Assembly: GCA_963770835.1 (NCBI GenBank)
Contig: CAVYRH010000026.1
Span: 512,001 to 576,000, forward strand
DNA: 64,000 nt
Reading direction: 5' to 3'
Origin: an uncultured Pseudomonadota bacterium
GTDB lineage: Bacteria; Oederibacteriota; Muellerivitia; Muellerivitales; Muellerivitaceae
Position 1 is the stretch's first letter. Every line of letters starts with the position of its first letter. The position numbers and the translations under genes were made by a program. This document shows, one piece after another, positions 9,701-19,039 of the stretch. Below the pieces are notes generated by a model. That model worked only from the letters and a program-made list of their open reading frames with translations, had not been told where the DNA came from and searched no databases.

Positions 9701-11032
9701 ATGAAAAAAGAACCGGTTAATCATTCGGCCGTCCTCCGGCCCGCGCTCTCCCGAAAGACTTTTATGGTCCTCCTCGTTTCCTCGGGTGTTCTCCTGGTCG
9801 GGATCGTTTGGCTCATCTCCCTGCTGCACCCTCTCCCGCCCCACAGGATCACGATGGCCACGGGTCCGGATGGGAGCTCCTACGCTTATTACGGAAAACG
9901 CTACAAGATCCTTCTCGCCAAGTCGGGTATCGAGGTAAAACTGGTCCCCACCGCCGGGGGCGTGGAGAACCTCAAGTTCCTGCGCGACCCGAACTCAGGG
10001 ATTGACACGGGGTTCGTGGAGGGAGGAGTGGCCACCGAGGACGACTCACCGGCCCTCGTTTCACTGGGAACCCTAGGGTATGAACCCCTGTTTTTCTTCT
10101 CACACAAACTGGCAACGGACCGGGTGCTGTACGAACTCCTGGGAAAACGCGTCGCGGTGGGGCCGGAGGGAAGCGATTCCCGCGCGCTGGTGGAGGAGCT
10201 GCTGAAGCGCAACTCGAAGGACTTGGGGGCTTTCCAAGCCCTGAACCTCTCCCCGGAGGAGGCCACGGACCAATTGTTGAAAGGCCAGATTGACGCGGCC
10301 ATCCTTATGACGAGCTGGGGGTCACCCCTCATCCACAAGCTTGTCACCGCCCCGGGCATCGACCTGGCCAACTTCAAGCGGGCCGACGCCTATACAGCCC
10401 TATTCCCCTCCCTTTATAAGCGGGTGATCCCGGAGGGCGCGGCGGATTTGGACAGTGACCGGCCGCCCCACGATACGACCCTGCTGGCCACCAAGACCAG
10501 CTTGATCGTGCGGGGAAACCTGCACCCGGCCCTGCAGTATCTTTTGCTGGAAGCCGCCTCCGAGATCCATTCCCGGGCCGGGGTATTGCAGAAGGCCGGC
10601 GAGTTCCCGGCGCCGGAGGCACTGGAAATATCCCTTAGCTCCGACGCGAGGCATTACTACAAGTCCGGTAAACCCTTTCTCCAGCGTTACATGCCCTTTT
10701 GGCTGGCCGCACTGGTGGAGCAATTGGTGGTAGTGCTGATCCCCTTGGTGGGCCTCATGTATCCCCTGGGGAAGGGCCTGGCGTCGTTGTACGGATGGGG
10801 CATGCAGCGGAAGATTTACTTGATTTACGGCGAACTCAATTTTTTGGAATTGGAAATCAACAAACTGGGGAACCGGCCCCCGACGGAGGAAATCCTGACC
10901 CACTTGAAGCACCTAGAGGACCGGACCAACCGGGTGCGGGTCTCCTCGACCTATATCCCGATGCTCTACAACCTGAAGGAAACCCTGGCTTATGTTCGAT
11001 CCCGCTTGGAAAATCAGGGGCACGCCAAGTAA
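9701..11032 (+). CDS. TAXI-family TRAP solute-binding protein with N- and C-terminal TM segments
   Basis: PPHRITMATGPDGSSY, TAGGVENL, VAVGPEGS, LHPALQYLLL, then C-terminal TM and helical tail. Likely start 9701. Confidence 0.8.
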   Translation: MKKEPVNHSAVLRPALSRKTFMVLLVSSGVLLVGIVWLISLLHPLPPHRITMATGPDGSSYAYYGKRYKILLAKSGIEVKLVPTAGGVENLKFLRDPNSGIDTGFVEGGVATEDDSPALVSLGTLGYEPLFFFSHKLATDRVLYELLGKRVAVGPEGSDSRALVEELLKRNSKDLGAFQALNLSPEEATDQLLKGQIDAAILMTSWGSPLIHKLVTAPGIDLANFKRADAYTALFPSLYKRVIPEGAADLDSDRPPHDTTLLATKTSLIVRGNLHPALQYLLLEAASEIHSRAGVLQKAGEFPAPEALEISLSSDARHYYKSGKPFLQRYMPFWLAALVEQLVVVLIPLVGLMYPLGKGLASLYGWGMQRKIYLIYGELNFLELEINKLGNRPPTEEILTHLKHLEDRTNRVRVSSTYIPMLYNLKETLAYVRSRLENQGHAK

Positions 11033-11043
11033 AGCCGGAAATA

Positions 11044-11097
11044 ATTAACCTATCGCTTAATAGTTTTCTTGACAATTAAGCTATTGCTTAATAATAT
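11044..11097 (+). promoter_or_regulatory. sigma70 promoter with two ArsR-type palindromic operators
   Basis: TTGACA(11069)-17 nt-TAATAT(11092). ATTAAGC-tatt-GCTTAAT at 11075-11092 and ATTAACC-tatc-GCTTAAT at 11044-11061. Confidence 0.75.
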
Positions 11098-11103
11098 TCC
11101 CCT

Positions 11104-11436
11104 ATGAACCGCAGACCCGCCCACGAGGATGTTTTCCAGGCCATCGCCCACCCGGCCCGGCGCAAGCTGTTGGAGCTGTTGGAAAAAGGAGAATTGCCCG
11201 TAGGGGAACTGGCTAAGGATTTCCACGCCACCCCCCCCGCCCTATCCCAGCACCTCACGGTCCTGAAGAAAGCGGGCCTGGTGCGGGAACGCCGGGAAGG
11301 GCGCCAGCGCGTTTACCAGCTGACTCCGGAACCGTTAAGGGAAGTTTCCGAATGGGTCTCGTCCCACAAGACTTATTGGGCCGTGAAGCTGTCGGCTTTG
11401 GGGGAATTTTTGAGGAGGAAGCATGGCCAAGATTGA
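11104..11436 (+). CDS. ArsR/SmtB family transcriptional regulator
   Basis: VFQAIAHPARRKLLELL, ALSQHLTVLKKAGLV, REGRQRVYQL. Confidence 0.93.
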   Translation: MNRRPAHEDVFQAIAHPARRKLLELLEKGELPVGELAKDFHATPPALSQHLTVLKKAGLVRERREGRQRVYQLTPEPLREVSEWVSSHKTYWAVKLSALGEFLRRKHGQD

Positions 11437-11905
11437 ACTGGAAGCCTTTTATCCCTATCCCATTGAGCATGTTTGGAGCGCCCTGACCGAGCCAGAGGCT
11501 TTGGAACAATGGCTCATGAGAAACGAGGGGTTCAAACCCGTGGCGGGGCAAAAGTTCAAATTCTTCGCCAAGCCTGTGATGGGCTGGGACGGTACCGCCC
11601 GTTGCGAGATTTTGGAGATTGAGAAGCCCCACAAAATTCGTTGGAGCCAGGCCGGAAACGACGAGGGGAAAGACCCGTTTCTTATTACCTGGACGCTTAA
11701 GGAGGAGGGAAAGGGCACCCGCTTGACCCTTCTGCATGAAGGTATTCACGGTATCCGGGGCGTGCTCATCAAAAAGTTCATGGGGGATGGTTGGAAGCGC
11801 ATGTTCGATAAGCGCATTCCCCTGGTCCTGCAGTACGCCTCCCAAAACGGCTGGAGTAAGTTCCCGAAGGACCGGCGGCTTGTGGAAACGGACTGCCACG
11901 CTTAA
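11423..11905 (+). CDS. SRPBCC (Aha1/AHSA1-like) domain protein
   Basis: IEHVWSALTEPEALEQWLM, GTRLTLLHEG, MGDGW; overlaps arsR. Confidence 0.88.
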   Translation: MAKIELEAFYPYPIEHVWSALTEPEALEQWLMRNEGFKPVAGQKFKFFAKPVMGWDGTARCEILEIEKPHKIRWSQAGNDEGKDPFLITWTLKEEGKGTRLTLLHEGIHGIRGVLIKKFMGDGWKRMFDKRIPLVLQYASQNGWSKFPKDRRLVETDCHA

Positions 11906-11950
11906 AAGCCCCGGGTTGGACTTTAAGGCGCTTTATTGGAAAATAGGGCA

Positions 11951-12310
11951 ATGAAAAAAGCACTCCCAACCGTGGACGCTTATATCGCCAAATCCCCCAA
12001 AACGGCGCGGGACAAGCTGCGGGAGCTTCGCGAGGCCATCCGGAAGGCCGCCCCGGCGGCCAAGGAAAGCATCAGTTACCGGATGCCCTATTACGGCTAT
12101 AAGGGCCGCCTGGCTTATTTCGCACTAATGAAGAACCACATTGGGCTCTATATCCCGCCTCCCGTCCTGCAGGACCACTCCAGGGAGTTGAAAGGCTATA
12201 GCACCTCCAACAGCGCCACCGTCCGTTTTCCCCTGGATCGGAAACTTCCCCTCGCGCTCATCCGCAAGTTGGTCAAAGCCCGGATGAAATATAATGAGTC
12301 AAAAAAGTAG
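11951..12310 (+). CDS. DUF1801 (YdhG-like) protein
   Basis: TVDAYIA, ESISYRMPYY, KNHIGLY, ATVRFPLDRKLPLALIRKLVKAR. Confidence 0.85.
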   Translation: MKKALPTVDAYIAKSPKTARDKLRELREAIRKAAPAAKESISYRMPYYGYKGRLAYFALMKNHIGLYIPPPVLQDHSRELKGYSTSNSATVRFPLDRKLPLALIRKLVKARMKYNESKK

Positions 12311-12318
12311 ATCTTTCT

Positions 12319-13284
12319 TTAGGCTGGCCAAATCTTCCGGCCCCCACCAACGGGCGTAACGGTCTCCAACTTTCTCAAATCCTCGGTGGTTAAAAAGGGC
12401 AGGAGACCGGCGGAAACATTAGCTTCCACCTGCTTCGGGTTCTTGGCCCCGGGAATGACCACCGACACGGCCGGATGAGCGAGTGTGAATTGAAGGGCCA
12501 GTTGGGCCAGGGTCTTGCCCGCCGCAAGGGGCTTCAATTTTTCCACTTTTCCCAAGTCTTCCATGAAAATCTTGTTCTGGTCGGGTTTTTCAATCCAGTT
12601 GCGGCGGAAATCGCCCTGCTCAAACTGCGAGTCCTTGTTGAATTTTCCGGCCAGGAGGCCCATCGCCAGGGGCCCCCGGATGACCAGGCCGATGTTTTCC
12701 TTGGCGCAGTAGGGCAGGATGTCCGCCTCGGGGGTGCGGTTCAGGATACTGTAATCGATCTGCACCACCGAACAGCCGCCGTTGGCGTTAAACTTCTTCA
12801 AGTACTCGAAATCGCTAGTGCTGACCCCGTAGCCTTTCAGCTTCCCTTGCTTTTGCAGTTTACCGAAGCCCTCGACGAAAATAGGCATGGTGGATTCGGA
12901 AAAGTTGATGTGGTCGAAAATGATATCCAAGTAATCGGTCTGCAGGCGCTTCAGGTTAGATTCCACCCCGGCGATAAGCTTGTCCACCGTGGTGTAGGCA
13001 CTATGGCCGTCATTGAAACCCCTCCAGCCGATCTTGGTGGAAACCACGAATTCTTCCCGCCGCCCCTTCATGGCCTTCCCCAGCAGTTCCTCGCTGTGCC
13101 CGTCGCCGTAAACGTCGGAGGTGTCGAAGAAATTCACGCCCATTTCCAGGGCCTTCTCGATGGCCTCCAGGCTTTCCTTGTCGTCGGCGTTGCCCCATTC
13201 GGAACCCTGGACGGCCCAGAGGCCCAGGCCGATTTCGGCCACGGAAATATCGGTTTTTCCCAAAATCCTTTGCCGCAACGGCAT
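12319..13284 (-). CDS. Aldo/keto reductase
   Basis: LGKTDISVAEIGLG, FFDTSDVYGDGHSEELLG, LKRLQTDYLD, VIPGAKNPKQV. Confidence 0.93.
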   Translation of the reverse strand: MPLRQRILGKTDISVAEIGLGLWAVQGSEWGNADDKESLEAIEKALEMGVNFFDTSDVYGDGHSEELLGKAMKGRREEFVVSTKIGWRGFNDGHSAYTTVDKLIAGVESNLKRLQTDYLDIIFDHINFSESTMPIFVEGFGKLQKQGKLKGYGVSTSDFEYLKKFNANGGCSVVQIDYSILNRTPEADILPYCAKENIGLVIRGPLAMGLLAGKFNKDSQFEQGDFRRNWIEKPDQNKIFMEDLGKVEKLKPLAAGKTLAQLALQFTLAHPAVSVVIPGAKNPKQVEANVSAGLLPFLTTEDLRKLETVTPVGGGRKIWPA

Positions 13285-13365
13285 AAGCGCTCCCTGTTGG
13301 TTTATCCGGCGGGTTCAAAAATGGCCATTTGAAGTGCCTAAACGTCCGAGGTTTTCAGGAAAAGG

Positions 13366-14646
13366 CTACTTCCTCGCCTCAATGGCCACGTAGGGCCTTT
13401 GGGTCGGACCCTGGTAAACCTGCCGGGGGCGGTTAATGCGGGTGTGACTGTCGTGCCGCATCTCACGCCAATGGGCCAGCCATCCAGGCACGCGGCCGAT
13501 GGCGAACAACACGGTGAACATATTGACGGGGAAGCCCGCCGCTTTGAGGATCAATCCGGAATAAAAATCCACGTTGGGGTAAAGCTTGCGGCTGAGGAAA
13601 TAGTCGTCTTTCAAGGCGATTTCCTCCAGCTTCAGGGCGATGTCGAAGGCCGGGTCATTTAGCCCCGGCTTCTTCAACAGCGAGTGGCACAGCCCCTTGA
13701 TGATCTTGGCGCGGGGGTCGAAGTTCTTGTAGACCCGGTGGCCGAAGCCCATGAGCTTGCCCTTATTGTTCTTGATGGCGTCCACGAAGGCCGTGGGGGA
13801 AGTTTTGGTGTCGCGCAACTGTTCCAGCATCTCGATGACTTCCTGGTTGGCCCCGCCGTGCAGTTTACCCCACAGCGCGCTGATGCCCGCCCCGATGACC
13901 GCGTAGATATTGGCCAGGCTGGAGCCGGCCATGCGCACGGTGGAAGTGCTGCAGTTCTGCTCGTGGTCGGCGGAAAGCAGGAAGAACATGTCGAGGGCCT
14001 GCACCACATCCGGGTCCAATTCATAGTCCCGCACGGGCGAGGCGAACATCATGTTCAGGAAGTTCTCCACGAACTTCAGCTTGTTGGAAGGGTACACAAT
14101 GGGCTCGCCGATGGACTTCTTATAGGAGAAGGCCGCGATGGTCCGGATCTGGGACATCAGGTTGGCGATGATGATTTCCTCATCCCCCGGATCCAGGGTG
14201 TCCTTGACGGGGTAGAAGGCCGAAAGAGAAGCTACCACGCTGGTCAGGATGGCCATGGGATGGGCGCCTTTCGGGTAGCCCGTGAAGAAGTGCAGCATGT
14301 CCTCGTGGATGAGGGAGGATTTGTTCAGCCTCTCGGAAAAGGAACTCAATTGGCCCTTGTTCGGCAATTCGCCGTACATAAGTAGGTAGGCAGTTTCGGT
14401 GAAGAAAGACTTCTCGGCCAGGTCCTCAATAGGGATGCCGCGGTAGCGCAGGATGCCCTTGTCGCCGTCGATGAAGGTGATGGAGCTCTGGCAGGCGCCC
14501 GTGTTGCCATAGCCGTTGTCCAGGGTGATATAGCCGCTGTCGGCACGCAAAGTAGAGATGTCGATGGCTTTTTCGCCTTCCGAGCCAACGATCACAGGAT
14601 ATTCGTATGTTTTTCCATCCAGGATAAGTTTCGCTTTGTCGGGCAT
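13366..14646 (-). CDS. gltA: Citrate synthase (type II)
   Basis: ITFIDGDKGILRYRG, ADHEQNCSTSTVR, LHGGANQ, GFGHRVYKNFDPR, YPNVDFYSG. Confidence 0.96.
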   Translation of the reverse strand: MPDKAKLILDGKTYEYPVIVGSEGEKAIDISTLRADSGYITLDNGYGNTGACQSSITFIDGDKGILRYRGIPIEDLAEKSFFTETAYLLMYGELPNKGQLSSFSERLNKSSLIHEDMLHFFTGYPKGAHPMAILTSVVASLSAFYPVKDTLDPGDEEIIIANLMSQIRTIAAFSYKKSIGEPIVYPSNKLKFVENFLNMMFASPVRDYELDPDVVQALDMFFLLSADHEQNCSTSTVRMAGSSLANIYAVIGAGISALWGKLHGGANQEVIEMLEQLRDTKTSPTAFVDAIKNNKGKLMGFGHRVYKNFDPRAKIIKGLCHSLLKKPGLNDPAFDIALKLEEIALKDDYFLSRKLYPNVDFYSGLILKAAGFPVNMFTVLFAIGRVPGWLAHWREMRHDSHTRINRPRQVYQGPTQRPYVAIEARK

Positions 14647-14807
14647 GACGGCCACCTCCACCGGACGGGTCCGGGTTGTTGATAGGGGATTCTAGGAAAA
14701 ATTACACAAATAAAACAGAAACTTTTGAAAAAATCCGTCGGTCCAAGGCCGCCTCTTAACGTGATTGACACTGGCACTTTACCGGTCTTTCGATTTAAAT
14801 AACGGTC

Positions 14808-15383
14808 ATGAAAGCTTTCCAACCGCTCATCCTGTTTTTTTTCCTTTTGGCACTGGGGGTCCCAGACGCGGATTTCGCCGGCACCGAAACCACCGCTTTT
14901 CCTCCCAATCAACCCATTGAAACCCGGGTGGACCTTGGTTTTTTGGACCTTTTTGGAGGCGGCCTGAACTACTCGGTGGAAGGGAAACCCATTCGCCGCT
15001 ACGAGGATTTCAGGGACCTGATTTACCCCCTGCGGGATGAAGAAGCTTCCCGGTTCATCCGGGACGCCCAGGAGGAGCATTTTGCCGCCTGGATGTTGTA
15101 TGTTTCCGGCGCGGCCGCCGGAGTGGACGTGGCCTTGGTCTTCAAGCCCGTGCCTCTCCTGAGGGTGGATTGGTTTGACCGGGTCGCCACAGGGGCGGTG
15201 GCCGCGGAGGTTTTCTGGACCGCCGGGGTGCTTTTGGACCAAGCCGCTGAGGGGCGAAAATACAATGCCGTCCAGCGCTACAACCAGCTGATCCAAAAAA
15301 AGAACGAGGCGTTTCTCGAGCTGAAGCCCCAAGTGACCCTGGCCCAAGAGGGCCCCCGGCTGGGCTTGAGCTGCGACTTTTAA
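14808..15383 (+). CDS. Hypothetical exported/membrane protein
   Basis: Signal-peptide-like N-terminus, two hydrophobic segments, AVQRYN motif, C-terminal Phe. Confidence 0.65.
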   Translation: MKAFQPLILFFFLLALGVPDADFAGTETTAFPPNQPIETRVDLGFLDLFGGGLNYSVEGKPIRRYEDFRDLIYPLRDEEASRFIRDAQEEHFAAWMLYVSGAAAGVDVALVFKPVPLLRVDWFDRVATGAVAAEVFWTAGVLLDQAAEGRKYNAVQRYNQLIQKKNEAFLELKPQVTLAQEGPRLGLSCDF

Positions 15384-15385
15384 CC

Positions 15386-16855
15386 ATGAGAACCTGCCCT
15401 AAAATTCCCCGGTTCCTCTTCGGGCCGATTCTTTTCCTGGCTGCTTCCTGCCTTGGGGCCGGCCCCGCCGAAAACACTTCAGGAACCTGGGAAGGCTTAA
15501 TGGGGTCGGGGACCCACGCTTTTCGGGTAGCTTTTGTCCTGGAAGAGGGCCGGGGGGAATACCACAACATCGACGACGGCATCCATGGCGAACCTATGAC
15601 CCTGAAATGGGACGGGAAAAAACTCCACGCCCAAACCAACGGTGGAGGAACCCTGGAACTTCACCCCTCCCAGAATGGGAAATCCATGACTGGGGTTTTC
15701 CGGCAGGGAGAGGGGAAGGATTCCCAACAGAGCCTGGTGGGAAGGAACCAAAGCTACCCCGTCAGCCTTCATCCGGGGGAGGATTATCTCCATCCAAGGC
15801 TGGGACCCGATGGCCGTGAGCAAATCCACTATCAATACCTGTCCCCGGTTGAAATGACGGATGGTTGGAAAGCGGGAGACTTAAGGCAAAGCCGCGCGGA
15901 CCTACCCAAAATCGAAAGCGCTGTCCAGGGTATCCTTAAAGGCAAGTTCCCCTACATCCATAGTCTCTTGATGGTGAAAGACGGCAAGCTGGTTTTGGAT
16001 GAGTATTTTTACGGCTATGGCCCGGACGATCCGCACCCCGTCATGTCGATAACGAAGGATATCTTCTCCCTCTTGTTCGGCATCGGAGTGGGACAGGGAT
16101 TGGTCCAGCCCAACCAAAAGCTTTTCAATTATTTCTCCGACTACCGTTTTCGGCCGGGGTGGGACCCGGCCAAGGACCAAATCACTTTGGAATCCCTTCT
16201 CACGATGACGTCGGGCCTGGGCTGCGACGATTTCAAGGGTTCGAACGATTGCTCTTGGGCCATGGTCCAGTCCCCCGACTGGCTGGATTTTTCACTGAGC
16301 CTCCCGAATGAAAACAAACCGGGTTCCCATTTTGCCTATTGCGGCGCCTGCCTCTCGCCCTTGGGAGCGATCCTGGAAAAGCAAAGCGGCATGGAATTAT
16401 CCCAATACGCTCAGAAATTTCTGTTTGGTCCTATGGGGATCGAGAAGCCCCTTTGGTGGGAAGGACCGAGAGGTTTTCATTCGCCGGCCTTCGGCCTGGC
16501 TTTAAGGCCGCGGGACATGGCTAAAATCGGACTCCTGGTATTAAACAAAGGAGGCGGTCCCAACTGGAACCAAGTCGTCCCTAAAACCTGGATCGAGGAA
16601 TCAACAGCCCCCCATGTGTTATCCCCACGGACGGGGAAGGAAGCCGACTACGGTTATTTGTGGTGGGAAAGGGATGTCCAATGGCATGGAAAGAAACTTC
16701 ACGAGTTGGACGCTTGGGGTGTCGGAGGACAGCATATTTTCATCGTCCCAACCCTGAACCTGGTTTGTGTCCTGACCGGCGGCAATTATAAGGACGGAAA
16801 CTTGGCCAATAACAGCTTTAAGATTTTTCACCAAGTATTGGAAGCCATTCAATAA
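15386..16855 (+). CDS. Secreted serine hydrolase (beta-lactamase-related family) with extra N-terminal domain
   Basis: MSITK (SxxK), LLTMTSG, PGSHFAYC, LRPRDMAKIG, YGYLWW, AWGVGGQ. Confidence 0.88.
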   Translation: MRTCPKIPRFLFGPILFLAASCLGAGPAENTSGTWEGLMGSGTHAFRVAFVLEEGRGEYHNIDDGIHGEPMTLKWDGKKLHAQTNGGGTLELHPSQNGKSMTGVFRQGEGKDSQQSLVGRNQSYPVSLHPGEDYLHPRLGPDGREQIHYQYLSPVEMTDGWKAGDLRQSRADLPKIESAVQGILKGKFPYIHSLLMVKDGKLVLDEYFYGYGPDDPHPVMSITKDIFSLLFGIGVGQGLVQPNQKLFNYFSDYRFRPGWDPAKDQITLESLLTMTSGLGCDDFKGSNDCSWAMVQSPDWLDFSLSLPNENKPGSHFAYCGACLSPLGAILEKQSGMELSQYAQKFLFGPMGIEKPLWWEGPRGFHSPAFGLALRPRDMAKIGLLVLNKGGGPNWNQVVPKTWIEESTAPHVLSPRTGKEADYGYLWWERDVQWHGKKLHELDAWGVGGQHIFIVPTLNLVCVLTGGNYKDGNLANNSFKIFHQVLEAIQ

Positions 16856-16875
16856 AATTCGGGCATAATTAGTCC

Positions 16876-18963
16876 ATGAATCTTTTTACCAATCCGGCTT
16901 TTCGCGGCAGGGTTCTCTTGGGGTTCCTGCTGGTCTGGCTGGGATTGGTTTTCGGCCATTATTTCCCCCTGAAAACAGCGTTCGATTTATCGTTCCTTTC
17001 CACTGTCGTTTCGACTTTTTCCCAATCAGATTTAAGCAAGCTAGCGGGGAATTGGCTCAACTTCCTCAAAAACTTTTTTTGCGCTGTGGCTGTTGGCTTC
17101 GTACTGTGGCGGCTGGGGCGAAATCTATTACGTTGGATAAAACTGGAGGAAACCGGTATCGCCCTGCGGTTTTGTATGGAAATAGCTTTTGGAATCGTCG
17201 GCGTCAACATCCTATGGCTGGGATTGGGGTTGAATGGGCTTTGGTTTGACCCGCTTTTATGGACAATCGCCGTGGTTTTGATGGGTTGGGCCTTTTGGGA
17301 TTTTTCCCGGAATTTCCTCAAAATTCAAAAGTTCCCAAAGCTTCCCAAGCCGGGAAGATTTTTCCTCCTCCTCGGGATTTTAGGGGCGCTGGGTTTGGCC
17401 CTGGATATCCTCCAAGGCGTGGCACCGGACGTTTATTTCGACGCCCTGGTTTACCACCTTTCCACGCTCCAATTCTGGAAGTTCCACCACGGCATCGCCG
17501 ATTTCTACACCAACCTTTATTCTTATTTTCCCTTTGGGGCGGAGCTTTATTTCGGGAACGGTTTTTTCTTCGCGGGGAGCGAGGTGGCCAAGCTGTTGAA
17601 CGCTTTTTCCGCCGGCCTTTGCGGTTTGGCGGCGGCGGGGTGGGCGGCGAAAGAAACGGGGGCGGACCGGGGCCTGCTGGTTTGGGCCATGGTGTTGACC
17701 CTGCCCCTGGTTTCAGCCACGGTTTGGACTACCCAGAATGACGTTTTTCTCGCCTTCCTACTGGTCCTCTTTTTTTATGCCCTGGTCCGTTGGCTTCAAG
17801 GTCCGAAGAATGGCCCTTGGGCCCTTGCCGCCGGGCTTTTGGGCGGAGCAGCGTTAACTGTCAAGTACACGGCGGTAGTAGGTGTTGCCGCGGGCCTATT
17901 CGTAACAGCCTTCAGCTTCAGGACAGAGGCTTTTAAGCGGACAAAAAGCAGGGGGTGGATTCTTATCTTTTTCCTCGTGGCTTTTTCCATAACTCCCTGG
18001 CTTTTGAAAAACATTGTCTTTACTGGTAATGGGGTTTATCCTTATTTCTCATCGGTGTTTGGCGGAAAAGCCCTGCCGGCTGAAAACATGAAGGCCCTCA
18101 TGGGCGATCATGAGGCTGTATGGAACGGTTCCTTTTCGCTGGGGACTTGGATTGCCCGGGTCCTGGGAAAAGACATGGATAAAACCATCGCCCCCCTTCT
18201 TTTCGGTTTTCTGCCCTTCTTATTCCTCGGAGGCAAGCGGCGGCCTATCACCCGTTACCTACTTTTGCTCAGCGCTTTGCTCCTGCTATCCGGCTTCCTC
18301 ATCTCCCACCAGCTCCGGTTGCTGATTCCCGCCCTTATCCTGAGTTTCGTCGCGATGGCGCTGGTCTTGGGGGATACCCGCCGGAAAGAAGCGACACCCT
18401 TTTGGGGGGGAGTGGCGACGATCTTCGCGATCTTAAGCCTTCTTTCCCTCGGCCGACTGAGTGCGAACTATTACCAGACGGATCATCTTTGGCTGGGAGA
18501 AACAAGCCAGTATGAATATTTGACCAAGGCTCCCCAAACCCAATCCTATTTCTGGATGGCCCGGGCGGTAGACCGCTTCGTTTCCGGACAGGTGCTCGTC
18601 CTCGGGGATGCCCGGGGGCTTTATTACACCAATCCGGTCCTCACCAACAGCGTTTTCGACGAACAGGTTTTTCAAAAACTGGCCCGAACGGAAAAAGACG
18701 GAGATGGTATCCGGAAAAAACTCAAGGAGATGGGAGTGGATGCGGTCGTTATCTCAGGGGATGAAGAGAAGCGGCTTTCCGCCCAGAACCCATTTTATGT
18801 TTTGGATGCGGCCGGGGAAGGTAAATGGCGGGAATTCCTGCAACGTTGGACAGATCCCATGTTTTGGGACGGCAATTGCTGCCTGTACCGGGTCCGTTCC
18901 ACTCCAGCGGGTTCACGGCCAGCGGCGCCGGATTTCTTAAAGGTTTTTGAAACAAACCCTTAA
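16876..18963 (+). CDS. Polytopic membrane protein, probable GT-C fold glycosyltransferase
   Basis: Many TM segments; FDALVYHL, YFPFGAEL, TVKYT, PWLLKNIVFTGNGVYPY motifs. Confidence 0.7.
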   Translation: MNLFTNPAFRGRVLLGFLLVWLGLVFGHYFPLKTAFDLSFLSTVVSTFSQSDLSKLAGNWLNFLKNFFCAVAVGFVLWRLGRNLLRWIKLEETGIALRFCMEIAFGIVGVNILWLGLGLNGLWFDPLLWTIAVVLMGWAFWDFSRNFLKIQKFPKLPKPGRFFLLLGILGALGLALDILQGVAPDVYFDALVYHLSTLQFWKFHHGIADFYTNLYSYFPFGAELYFGNGFFFAGSEVAKLLNAFSAGLCGLAAAGWAAKETGADRGLLVWAMVLTLPLVSATVWTTQNDVFLAFLLVLFFYALVRWLQGPKNGPWALAAGLLGGAALTVKYTAVVGVAAGLFVTAFSFRTEAFKRTKSRGWILIFFLVAFSITPWLLKNIVFTGNGVYPYFSSVFGGKALPAENMKALMGDHEAVWNGSFSLGTWIARVLGKDMDKTIAPLLFGFLPFLFLGGKRRPITRYLLLLSALLLLSGFLISHQLRLLIPALILSFVAMALVLGDTRRKEATPFWGGVATIFAILSLLSLGRLSANYYQTDHLWLGETSQYEYLTKAPQTQSYFWMARAVDRFVSGQVLVLGDARGLYYTNPVLTNSVFDEQVFQKLARTEKDGDGIRKKLKEMGVDAVVISGDEEKRLSAQNPFYVLDAAGEGKWREFLQRWTDPMFWDGNCCLYRVRSTPAGSRPAAPDFLKVFETNP

Positions 18964-19039
18964 CCCCGAAATAGTAGGGGGAATTCCATTTCTGCATTAT
19001 CATAAAGGCCGATTTCAAAATCTTGGGACAGGTGAACCC

